A stretch of DNA of 64,000 bases from Alphaproteobacteria bacterium (GTDB taxonomy: Bacteria > Pseudomonadota > Alphaproteobacteria > Rickettsiales > SXRF01). The translations under genes were made by a program, and so were the position numbers. Location of the stretch: NCBI GenBank assembly GCA_025360605.1, contig JANYBV010000031.1, positions 3,063 to 67,062 on the forward strand, in the 5' to 3' direction. The notes below the pieces were generated by a model that was given only the letters and a program-made list of their open reading frames with translations, ran no database searches and had not been told where the DNA came from. Positions 27,906 to 36,571 of this stretch are shown in pieces; position 1 is the stretch's first letter; each line of letters starts with the position of its first letter.

Positions 27906-28085
27906 GGTATCCTCCTGTTAACATTTTTTGTATTTTTATTAATCTATTGGTTAACAAGCAGCAAGCTTTGTGCCAATCTTTCAAAAATCTATTTAATCCA
28001 TTGATCTTCCTGTTTTATAGGCGTAGCCTTAATGGCAGAAATGCTATGATTTTTGTGCCTAGTAACATTATCGAGAGTTGAACAT

Positions 28086-28400
28086 ATGGGTAGAATTGTA
28101 CTGCAATGGTTAGTAATGGCAGGAGTTGCCGCCCTTTTGGCAGGTTGCCAGCCTCCTGCATCCAACGCGTCACTGACCCAAGGCACGGTGGTGTCCCTTG
28201 GCCAGACTCACCTGATATTGGACGATGGTAAATCGGTGATGTTCCTTGCTGTCGATGAATCCGCTAAAGAACGCCTCAAAGACCTTAAAAAGGGCGATAA
28301 GGTGACGCTGGTGGGTAAAAAGGTGGAAGAAGATGAGCATGCCATGGATATCGAGGAAATCATCCTTGATAACGGCGCACATATCTCGCTGGGCGTTTAA
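28086..28400 (+). CDS. lipoprotein (104 aa)
   Basis: 'MGRIVLQWLVMAGVAALLAGC' signal with a lipobox. Track ORF starts at 28053. Confidence 0.65.
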   Translation: MGRIVLQWLVMAGVAALLAGCQPPASNASLTQGTVVSLGQTHLILDDGKSVMFLAVDESAKERLKDLKKGDKVTLVGKKVEEDEHAMDIEEIILDNGAHISLGV

Positions 28401-28403
28401 ACG

Positions 28404-29627
28404 CTATTTATAGAGCTGGCAAGCCTTGTCGCACGCAGGAACGATTGTCCCGTAGTACAGCTTATATAATGAAGGTATCATGGATTGCACCGCTTCGTGG
28501 CCCCACTTCACTACCTGCTGCGGGACGCGTGCGACCGCTTCGATCACGATAATTGTTTCCTGTGCGAGCGGATCCGAGCGTGTGTAGGCATCTGCCTGCG
28601 GTGTCAGATTGAAGAGCATATCGCGGAAAAAAAGTGACAGTAATGTTGCCGGATAACGGTCCTTGTGGATTGTCAGCACGCCCTTCGCACCCTTGGCACG
28701 CATTAGCAGCTTAAAGACAGACCATGCGATTCGGCTTTTCAGCCACGTCAAACGCGAGCGCCAGTTGTGCAGTTTGTTTTCATGATAAAATTTCAGGTGG
28801 CGTTCCCATTCAACAATGGCGTTCAGCCCTAGTCGCTGGCTCAGCTGGTAGAGATGTTCCGCCCGTTTAACATCTTTGCGCCTGCCTTTTCCTGCTTTTT
28901 CACTGGGGGCGCGGCTCCAGTCGATGGCGGAATAACGGCCTGCCCACTGGCCTTTGTCATCACGGATCATATCGCCGTTATGGCCAGTTTCCTGACCGGC
29001 AATGACAATAAAGCGTGCGAGTGCCGGAAAGCCGTCGCCGCTATGGTTACGTTCATCACCTTCCAGAAACGGATGACCGCCGCAGGAGACATATACGGCA
29101 TTTTCTCCGCGCCCGAACGATTGCAGCCCGTTGCTTTCACCCACTTCCTGCCATGTTGCAATATCCATCACATCGCTGACGGTGTGCCCATAGGAGATAT
29201 AGATTTCTGCTTTTTCAAGATGGATAAGGCGGATGACCGGCAGCGCATTGCAGCTGACCAGTGCGCGTGCCATCATGATTTCCACTTTAGCAGATACAGG
29301 GCGAAGTTTTTTCAAGTTGGCGTGGATACGTTCTATATAATCATTGGCGATGGTGTTGGCATCTTGCTCACTATGGCGTTCCAGAAGCACTTTCATCAGG
29401 CGCTGGCGTGATTGCGCCAGCAATACAGGATCACTCATTTCGCGAAAACTGAAGGTCAGGTTGATGCGCTCTTTAGGCATCAGGAAGCGGGTGAAGTTAC
29501 TTTCATTGTCGGCATCAAGGCGCAACTTCCCTGAAGCCAGCAGCGCCTTCGCCAGCGTTTCCTGAGGCTTTTTAAGCTTCTTGTGCAGCCTTGGCTGTAC
29601 GTGCAGCACGTCATAGACGTTATACAT
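28404..29627 (-). CDS. hypothetical 407-aa protein (ORFan)
   Basis: Long ORF with coding-like composition. No motif I can assign. Confidence 0.7.
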   Translation of the reverse strand: MYNVYDVLHVQPRLHKKLKKPQETLAKALLASGKLRLDADNESNFTRFLMPKERINLTFSFREMSDPVLLAQSRQRLMKVLLERHSEQDANTIANDYIERIHANLKKLRPVSAKVEIMMARALVSCNALPVIRLIHLEKAEIYISYGHTVSDVMDIATWQEVGESNGLQSFGRGENAVYVSCGGHPFLEGDERNHSGDGFPALARFIVIAGQETGHNGDMIRDDKGQWAGRYSAIDWSRAPSEKAGKGRRKDVKRAEHLYQLSQRLGLNAIVEWERHLKFYHENKLHNWRSRLTWLKSRIAWSVFKLLMRAKGAKGVLTIHKDRYPATLLSLFFRDMLFNLTPQADAYTRSDPLAQETIIVIEAVARVPQQVVKWGHEAVQSMIPSLYKLYYGTIVPACDKACQLYK

Positions 29628-29863
29628 AATGAAAAGGATCAGGAATTGCTGTTTTTAAACTCTAAGCCCCAGCATACCATAGAAAAGTTAGTCTTTTTCT
29701 AATAATCGGCGGAGAAAAGCGTATTTAGGGAGGCAATATGCGAAAGCTTGATGATTTCTTAATAAATTGTTGTTTATCATCTGAAAATAGCCATTTAATG
29801 CCTTTGATTCAAAGATATTTCAATTCTGCGGTAAAAGGAGTATACTGAGCTTAAGGGTAGGAT

Positions 29864-30706
29864 ATGACAAAAAAAGCCCACGACGACAAAAATAATGCAG
29901 GTTTTACGCTGGTCGAACTATCGATCGTATTAGTGATCATAGGGCTCGTGGTTGGCGGTGTTCTTGTCGGCATCGACATGGTAAAGGCCGCTGAATTGCG
30001 CTCCACCATCTCGCAGGTAGAAAAATACAACTCCGCTGTAAACAGCTTCCGCGTTAAATACAACTCACTCCCTGGGGACATTTTGCAATCCTATGCATCC
30101 GCATTTGGATTGTTTACACTGACTACGGCACTGGGTGCGGGAGAGGGTGATGGTAGCGGGTTGATTGAAGGTGGAGCCGCAGGGATTACTGATCCTTCCG
30201 GCGAAACACTCGTATTCTGGCAACATTTATCCGATGCTAATTTAATTGACGGATCGTACGGCACGCTTGCTAACGGTACAATTTTAGCAAACACAGGTCT
30301 TGTGACGGCCAATAATACGGATGTTACAAAATCCCTGCCGCCATCCAAACTCACCCCAAGGCAGTATTTTATTGCGTATTCCGCCTCCGGATATAACTAC
30401 TATCAGTTACTTCCTATTTCTCAGGTATCTACACCGGCAGCCTACCTGTATGGAAATGCCGGTATTACTCCCGTACAGGCCTATAATATTGACGTTAAAC
30501 TGGATGACGGCACGCCCAATGGCGGGAGCGTAACGGCTAAAGGGATTACAGCAGTTAATATTAACGCTACCTGGCAGGCAGGCTCCACTCTTGCTAACTG
30601 TCTTTCCAACGGTGCGAACGCTACCGATCAGGCGGCCATCTACAATCGCGTACCAGCTACGGGTGGCAGCGATGCATCCTGTTCGGTGCGGTTCCGCTTT
30701 AACTAG
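29864..30706 (+). CDS. type IV pilin / pseudopilin-like protein, paralog B
   Basis: 'KNNAG|FTLVELSIVLVIIGLVVGG'. Colinear with 1123-1950 and shares the identical C-terminus 'SCSVRFRFN'. Confidence 0.8.
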   Translation: MTKKAHDDKNNAGFTLVELSIVLVIIGLVVGGVLVGIDMVKAAELRSTISQVEKYNSAVNSFRVKYNSLPGDILQSYASAFGLFTLTTALGAGEGDGSGLIEGGAAGITDPSGETLVFWQHLSDANLIDGSYGTLANGTILANTGLVTANNTDVTKSLPPSKLTPRQYFIAYSASGYNYYQLLPISQVSTPAAYLYGNAGITPVQAYNIDVKLDDGTPNGGSVTAKGITAVNINATWQAGSTLANCLSNGANATDQAAIYNRVPATGGSDASCSVRFRFN

Positions 30707-30709
30707 CTA

Positions 30710-31474
30710 TTACGCTGCTCTGGAGAATGGAGGTTTTGCCGTGGCAAGATTGCTGATAAGCGTATGTTCTTTTTCCAACGCATTCCACAATTCACGGGCA
30801 TAGGTGGTGGCAAACAGAGGTGCTTTGATAAAGCTGTCGATGTTGCCATGGCCGAGTTCCGGAAAAGCCTCATCAATATTTTTGCCCTGCTGTGCATACT
30901 CGGCTTTGGCATAGCCATACCCAGCTTCAAGGGAGTGCAGGTAGCCTTCAATGACGCTTGCTTTGGCACTTTCAATCCATTTGCGCAGTTCCTTGACATC
31001 GCTCAGGTTGACGCTGGCATTTTGTTCGACCGTTACCTTAATGGTGGAAAGGATGGTTACCACTTCATCAATATAGGTCCATGCCGGTTGCTTGGATAAA
31101 TTCATGAAAATAGCTTCGCATTTTTCATAACGCTTTTTCCATTTGGATATTTCGCTTTCTACCATGGTAATCATGCTGGAGCAGCGCTGTTTGGTAGGGT
31201 CTGAAATAGTGATATTTTCAAACATAATGGAATTGATACGTGGTTCATTCATCAGTTTAAGACCTAAAAATACGCACACCCAGCACGAAACAATAAAAAT
31301 AATAACCTCACTTCCACCGGTGATATGCACCATGGTGGTAAACGTGAATGCGATGGAAGGTACCACCAGCACCGCAGTTACCAGTAACACCCACCATGTG
31401 ACGTTTTTAAAGGTGAACTGGGATTTCCATGAATAAGCTTGCTCGCTGCCGGTGCTGTTTTTAGGCATTGCCAT
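30710..31474 (-). CDS. hypothetical membrane protein (two N-terminal TM helices plus a helical soluble domain)
   Basis: TM segments 'WWVLLVTAVLVVPSIAFTF' and 'VIIFIVSCWVCVFLGL'. AAGGA lies upstream of ATG 31474. Confidence 0.65.
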   Translation of the reverse strand: MAMPKNSTGSEQAYSWKSQFTFKNVTWWVLLVTAVLVVPSIAFTFTTMVHITGGSEVIIFIVSCWVCVFLGLKLMNEPRINSIMFENITISDPTKQRCSSMITMVESEISKWKKRYEKCEAIFMNLSKQPAWTYIDEVVTILSTIKVTVEQNASVNLSDVKELRKWIESAKASVIEGYLHSLEAGYGYAKAEYAQQGKNIDEAFPELGHGNIDSFIKAPLFATTYARELWNALEKEHTLISNLATAKPPFSRAA

Positions 31475-31710
31475 GAGGTGTCATCCTTTGCGCAGAAGGT
31501 TTGGTACAACCGTAATTGTTGCCAAAACTAACAGACAGTTGTTAATAAAATATTACCGAAACCATACGGCAGTCAGTAAAAATCAATATAAAATAACCCA
31601 TTAATATATTTGGCAAGTAATGGCTAATAGTGGAAATGATACGCCGCGAGTTACTATTTTGTTGACCTGCAGCAGCGTATAACTTTACATACACATGATT
31701 TTCATTTCCT

Positions 31711-32451
31711 GTGGCTTTCATGCCCAATCTGTCTATGTTTTTTATGCCCCTTTCCTGTGTGGCAGTGATGCCAGCCTACAACGAAGAAGGAAATATTGAT
31801 CGGGTGGTCGCTGATTGGACCCGCGAGCTGGACCGGTTATTCGGTGATTCCTACCGTCTTGTGGTAATTAATGACGGTTCGCGTGATACCACGGGCAACC
31901 TGCTGGATACGCTCGCCGGAAAATACAGCAGACTCATAGTGCATCATCAGGTGAATCAGGGGCATGGAAATACCGTCATGAATGGCTATAAGCTCGCCGT
32001 GGAGATGGATACAGCCTACATTTTTCAGACCGATTCGGACGACCAGTTTGAAGCAACTGATTTTAGTAAGCTGTGGGACAGGCGGCACGAGTCTAAATTT
32101 ATTCTGGGATTCCGTCAGGTGCGTCATGACTCGGTGTACCGTTTGTGGCTTTCGAAAACCGCTGTTTTTCTGGTTATGACGCTTTTTTCTATCCGCCTTA
32201 AAGACAGCAATGTGCCCTATCGCCTCATGGAGCGGGAGTTTTTAAAACAGTTATTACCCATGGTACCGAAGGGGGCATTTGCCCCGAATATTTGCCTTTC
32301 TATTCTGGCCGCCCGTCACAAACAACCTTTGCTACATATTCCTGTGACCCACCGCCAGCGCGTCAGCGGCACGGCTATTGTCAGCAAGGCACTGATTAAA
32401 GGTTGCATCAAATCCCTAGGCGATTTATTCCGCTTACGTGCGACACTTTAG
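31711..32451 (+). CDS. family 2 glycosyltransferase (polyprenol-phosphate sugar synthase / GtrB-ArnC-like)
   Basis: 'VAVMPAYNEEGNI', 'LVVINDGSRDTT' and 'QTDSDDQ' (DxD). Start uncertain (GTG 31711; ATG 31720, 31735 or 31744). Confidence 0.8.
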   Translation: MAFMPNLSMFFMPLSCVAVMPAYNEEGNIDRVVADWTRELDRLFGDSYRLVVINDGSRDTTGNLLDTLAGKYSRLIVHHQVNQGHGNTVMNGYKLAVEMDTAYIFQTDSDDQFEATDFSKLWDRRHESKFILGFRQVRHDSVYRLWLSKTAVFLVMTLFSIRLKDSNVPYRLMEREFLKQLLPMVPKGAFAPNICLSILAARHKQPLLHIPVTHRQRVSGTAIVSKALIKGCIKSLGDLFRLRATL

Positions 32452-32462
32452 AAGGACCTCAC

Positions 32463-33968
32463 ATGAATTTATGGGATAGGATTAAAAGCCACGATTTTAC
32501 GGCATTTCGCAAAAAATCGTATAGATTCGGCCCTGGTTTGTTCATCGCGTTTTTAGTGTCGCTTGCCGTTTATAACACGACTATGAATAACGCCTATCAG
32601 TATGGCTCGACCTTCTTCGACTCCGCTGAATTTGCGACCGTGATCTGGCGCAGCGGTATCCGGCTTGATATGGGGCCTGCCTTTGCCGGTAGTATCTATT
32701 CCACGCATGCCTCTACCATCAACTACATTCCCAGCCTGTTCAGTCATCTGTGGACAGGGGATCGCATAGATTTTTATGCGTTGGTGTATTCGCTGGTGTA
32801 TGCGGCGATGGTCTATGCGGTATATATCGTCATATTACCGTTTCTGCCCCGCCGTTTTGGTCCATTGCTTGCGGCGCTGGGGATGATTTTATTCTTCTGC
32901 GGGCAGATTATGTATGACGGTGCATGGGAAATGCGCAGTGACTATATGTCGCCTTTATTTATGATACTTGCGTTCCGTTCGTGGCAAATGCGTAATTACA
33001 GTCTTGCGGTGTTATGGTTTACGCTTAACAATATGGTGCGTGAAGATCTCGGAATGATGATTATCGTTCCGGTAGCATTACTCGCCGGACTGCAATATTG
33101 GGAGGCCAGCCGTACCGATGCGGTGCTGGCTAGGGAGAGGCTGTTATGGGGGATACGCATTTGCGCTATCAGCTTTACGTGGGCAATAGTAACTAGCTAT
33201 GTTCAGAAGAACTATTTCCCGTTTTATGACCTGTTTCAGGATCAGTATTATGATAGCGCACACCCGTTCGCCCATCTAAGCCCTCAAATCATTTATGACC
33301 GCTTTGAGTATATTTTCCATTATGCAAGAGGGATCTGGCTGCCCATCCTGATGCTGGTTTTTCTGGGGCTATGTTGTAGGGATTGGCAACTGATCGTTGG
33401 TGCTGTCGCGTTTTTGCCCTACGGCATCGCGATGTTTTTTGCTAAAAATGAGATGTCGGCACAATTGGGAAGTTATAAGCCATTTGTATTTGCGCTCATG
33501 CTGGTGTGGCCGTGCATCATTGCGTACACGAAGCCTGTGGCACTCTATCGCCGCTATATCCTTATTCAGGCGGTGGTGTTGCTGTGTGGTGTAAGTAACA
33601 TCCGCGCCGGATTTATTGACAGTGCGTCACACCGCTGGTTATTGCAGCCTTTAACCTATAACGCGCAGCTTTATAGGGATTTCAGTGCGTATGAACTGAA
33701 AAAAGAGCAATCCTCCGGCGAACTTGCCACCCGCGTGTCACACAGTATTCTGGCGCTCTACCCGTACCAGTTTAAAGAATACTGGAATACGTGGATCGTT
33801 TCCCTGCAGCCTCAGGATGTAGGAAAAGTTGAAACGCTGATATGGTTTGAAGGTGATCGCGACCAGCCACTGATTGATAAAGTTCTTAAAAGCGGTGAAT
33901 TTACAGTAAAACCGGTCGATGGTACGAAAATACGCATTGCCCACCGTCATAATTCTCCGTGGGCTTAA
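32463..33968 (+). CDS. polytopic membrane protein, possible GT-C-type glycosyltransferase partner of the adjacent GT2
   Basis: 501 aa from ATG 32463, with at least 10 hydrophobic segments. Starts 11 nt after the GT2 stop. Function inferred from context only. Confidence 0.7.
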   Translation: MNLWDRIKSHDFTAFRKKSYRFGPGLFIAFLVSLAVYNTTMNNAYQYGSTFFDSAEFATVIWRSGIRLDMGPAFAGSIYSTHASTINYIPSLFSHLWTGDRIDFYALVYSLVYAAMVYAVYIVILPFLPRRFGPLLAALGMILFFCGQIMYDGAWEMRSDYMSPLFMILAFRSWQMRNYSLAVLWFTLNNMVREDLGMMIIVPVALLAGLQYWEASRTDAVLARERLLWGIRICAISFTWAIVTSYVQKNYFPFYDLFQDQYYDSAHPFAHLSPQIIYDRFEYIFHYARGIWLPILMLVFLGLCCRDWQLIVGAVAFLPYGIAMFFAKNEMSAQLGSYKPFVFALMLVWPCIIAYTKPVALYRRYILIQAVVLLCGVSNIRAGFIDSASHRWLLQPLTYNAQLYRDFSAYELKKEQSSGELATRVSHSILALYPYQFKEYWNTWIVSLQPQDVGKVETLIWFEGDRDQPLIDKVLKSGEFTVKPVDGTKIRIAHRHNSPWA

Positions 33969-33978
33969 CCTGCCGAAA

Positions 33979-34581
33979 TTATCTGAAGACATTGGGTGGT
34001 GGTGCTGGTTTTGGGGTGTTCGGCCTTGGCTTGGGTTGATACGGTAGTTGTTCAACTACCGTGTGGCGTACACCAAATTTATCAATATATTCGTTGCGTC
34101 GGTAAAAGGGTTCTGTGGGCTGGACGTTGTGCGGCATCACTTTTTGCTGTGGTTTGGACAAAACGGCTGGTTGTAACGCCACACTCTGCACGGGTTGATA
34201 TTTTTCCCACGGCGCACCAAACACATGGAATACCGCTGCCACCAGACATGCATTGAATAAGATCGCCAGTTGAACAATAAGCAATAACCTGCCGAGGCTC
34301 ATGGGTGTGTTAGTATTTTCTTTGGTAAATACACTCTGCGGTGCGGGTATAAAAAATGGTATGGCAGACGTCGGAGCATCCGTCGGCACTTCCTGAGGTG
34401 GCGCTTCGTGTTGTTTTGATTCCAGTACCGGAGCTGGTTTGGGGCTATCCTTCCGTTCGAGATCGGCATTGCTCAGACGGTCGTCAATGGTAACAAAGGA
34501 TAAATCGTTTGGCAGCTCCGCCTTCATCTGCTCGCGGTTTTCATTCAGTGGTGCAAAGGTAGAAAAATCGGGGAGCTTCAT
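33979..34581 (-). CDS. proline-rich single-pass membrane protein (TonB/TolA-like linker architecture)
   Basis: Start ATG 34581 forms an ATGA overlap with the upstream stop. Central TM 'LLLIVQLAILFNACLVAAVF'. Pro-rich tracts 'PKPAPVLESKQHEAPPQEVPTDAP' and 'PYQPKPRPNTPKPAPPP'. Confidence 0.65.
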   Translation of the reverse strand: MKLPDFSTFAPLNENREQMKAELPNDLSFVTIDDRLSNADLERKDSPKPAPVLESKQHEAPPQEVPTDAPTSAIPFFIPAPQSVFTKENTNTPMSLGRLLLIVQLAILFNACLVAAVFHVFGAPWEKYQPVQSVALQPAVLSKPQQKVMPHNVQPTEPFYRRNEYIDKFGVRHTVVEQLPYQPKPRPNTPKPAPPPNVFR

Positions 34582-35297
34582 TTTTTCAGCGTCTCCAGAA
34601 TAGTGGCTATCCATCCTTCGGCATCGGTGCGGATATGAAATTCAACGCGCTGCGAACGCACTGGATCTTCGGTTCCGTCCTTGTTCACAATCAGGTGCGA
34701 TGAGGAAAGACCGTTGGCTGTGACGTGTTTATGTAACCAGTCGGTTTGCGATTGCACTTCCGGTAACCCAAGCACGAAACGTAGTGTGCTGCGGGTGCGC
34801 GACTGTGATAGTTCCATATTTTTAAAATAGGCTTCTTCGGGCGCGGTGTTGGCAGCCCAGAAGCTCGATGTGTGTCCTTCGATACGCACTTCCTGAATCT
34901 GGCCATCATATTTGGGCGCAGTGATGATACGTGTATAGCGCGGGAAAAAATTATGCAGAATGTCCTGAAATTTCGGCTTCAGCTCATCCTTACCGGTATT
35001 GAAAAGGATTTCGGGGTCCTTAAAACGGAAGACCAGATCTTGCGTCAGCTCTGCGCCCCATACCGGCAGATCGTTTTTGAATTCGCGCATCAGCTCCGAG
35101 TATAATTCCAGACGCACCTGATCGTACAGCACCGCCACCTGCTTGGTTTTAAACTGCTGCACCTCCACCTTCATCATGAAGGCAATGGCAATCAGCATGA
35201 AGATCATCATCAACCCTGTCATCAGGTCGCTTAAGCTGATCCACTGGTCTTCCTGATTAGTCTGGTTAGGTGAGAAAGGATCTTCCTCGTCTGACAT
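34578..35297 (-). CDS. MotB/ZorB-like stator subunit with OmpA-like peptidoglycan-binding domain
   Basis: TM with the conserved-type Asp 'WISLSDLMTGLMMIFMLIA'. OmpA-like 'IRIEGHTSS', 'LSQSRTRSTLRFVL' and 'SQRVEFHI'. Confidence 0.85.
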   Translation of the reverse strand: MSDEEDPFSPNQTNQEDQWISLSDLMTGLMMIFMLIAIAFMMKVEVQQFKTKQVAVLYDQVRLELYSELMREFKNDLPVWGAELTQDLVFRFKDPEILFNTGKDELKPKFQDILHNFFPRYTRIITAPKYDGQIQEVRIEGHTSSFWAANTAPEEAYFKNMELSQSRTRSTLRFVLGLPEVQSQTDWLHKHVTANGLSSSHLIVNKDGTEDPVRSQRVEFHIRTDAEGWIATILETLKK

Positions 35298-35300
35298 AGG

Positions 35301-36467
35301 TTAGCCTGCCAGTTTGAGTACAGACTGTAACTTCTCGGTGATGGGGGCATAGTCGGCGACGAATTTCTGTGACAGCGCGGCGAGCTGACGGCCAAGGCTA
35401 TCCAAGGATTTGGTGAGTTCTTCCGACAGCGCGTTATCCAGCACCAGCACCTGTTCCTTGGTGTTTTCAATCTGGCGTTTGACGTTTAGGTTGAACTCTT
35501 CATTGCTGGTGCGCATGCCATCGGAAATCTGGCGGGTCATTTCCACAATTTTATGTTCGATCTCGGGCAGGCCGGTGGCCGCCGTGTTGACGAGCGAGGC
35601 AAGGCTGCGCAAGCCGCCTTCCATCTGCGTGCGCTGGGTTTCCAGTCCACCCAGCAATGCGGTGAGGCTCTGGGCTATCGTGTTGAATACCTCGGCGTTT
35701 TGCACCAGCACCTGATAACGCTCGGTGGCCACCGCCATGCTGCGGGTGGTGGTGCCTTGCTGGTCGATCATCTGGGTGATCTGCTGGGCGTAGTTCTGTT
35801 GCCACAATAGCATTTTTTCCAGACCGACATTCAGCAGTTTGAAATTCTCGCCGAACTGCTCGTTCAATTGGTTGTTGAAATCATGGATGACTTCGTTAAG
35901 GGCTTTCACGAGTGCGCGTGAGTTAGCCTCGGCGATGTTTTCATAGAAATGATCCATTGAGCGTCCCAGAACGGCGAAATTTTCGTTGGAATCCTGACGT
36001 GATAAACGGATCTGGCCATAGACCGAATTGTCGCCGCTGCCTGTCAGTGCCTGTTCTACCTGTGCCATCGAATGTTCGATGGCTTTCAGGCTGCTGGCGA
36101 GATCATTGATGGTAGCACCGGAGGATTTTTTTGCGGATACACTTTTGATACGCAGGATATCGCGTAGTTTAATCGTGAGCGCACAACCGATGCCGCAGGC
36201 TGATGCCCATACCGCAGTTTTGATGCCGTCAATGAGGGTGGGGACGCTTTTTTGCACGTCATTAGGATCGAAATCCAGCAACCCAATGGCGATACCGACG
36301 AACGTTCCCAAAATACCTAGTGTGGTGAGGAACGAGGGAGCTTTATTGACATTTTCAGGCGTGAAGCGGATATGGAAGAATAACGCGGATATGACAATCG
36401 CCTCAATAAACCACTTGGTTTCCTGATTCATTGTTAGAAGGATTTTATTTAAGAAAACCGGATCCAT
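35301..36467 (-). CDS. MotA/ExbB/TolQ-type proton-channel protein with ~270-aa coiled-coil tail (ZorA-like architecture)
   Basis: 'FLTTLGILGTFVGIAIGL' and 'IKTAVWASACGIGCALTI' channel helices, then continuous helical sequence to the C-terminus. ATG 36467 lies 7 nt after GGGGGAA; the track start is GTG 36473. Confidence 0.8.
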   Translation of the reverse strand: MDPVFLNKILLTMNQETKWFIEAIVISALFFHIRFTPENVNKAPSFLTTLGILGTFVGIAIGLLDFDPNDVQKSVPTLIDGIKTAVWASACGIGCALTIKLRDILRIKSVSAKKSSGATINDLASSLKAIEHSMAQVEQALTGSGDNSVYGQIRLSRQDSNENFAVLGRSMDHFYENIAEANSRALVKALNEVIHDFNNQLNEQFGENFKLLNVGLEKMLLWQQNYAQQITQMIDQQGTTTRSMAVATERYQVLVQNAEVFNTIAQSLTALLGGLETQRTQMEGGLRSLASLVNTAATGLPEIEHKIVEMTRQISDGMRTSNEEFNLNVKRQIENTKEQVLVLDNALSEELTKSLDSLGRQLAALSQKFVADYAPITEKLQSVLKLAG

Positions 36468-36571
36468 AGACACTTCCCCCTGTCCATTTTAACTCATAAT
36501 CCAGTTAAATGTTAGGTAAATGATGCGGCTGAAGTGCAGAAAACAACATATTTTGACGCGGGAAGAGGGGC

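Noticed and set aside
29739-29762. Small ORF with a strong AGGGAGG Shine-Dalgarno upstream of pilin B.
   Set aside because: Careful reading gives ATG CGA AAG CTT GAT GAT TTC TAA, only 7 codons. An initial reading as a 38-aa ORF was my transcription error.
33979-36467. Calling the MotA/MotB-like pair a canonical Zorya system, or a flagellar or Tol/Ton stator.
   Set aside because: No ZorC/D/E/F/G-type helicase or nuclease genes, no flagellar genes, and no TolB/Pal, TonB-box receptor or ExbD/TolR-type subunit lie adjacent. Only the ZorAB-like architecture is supported, so it is reported as non-canonical.
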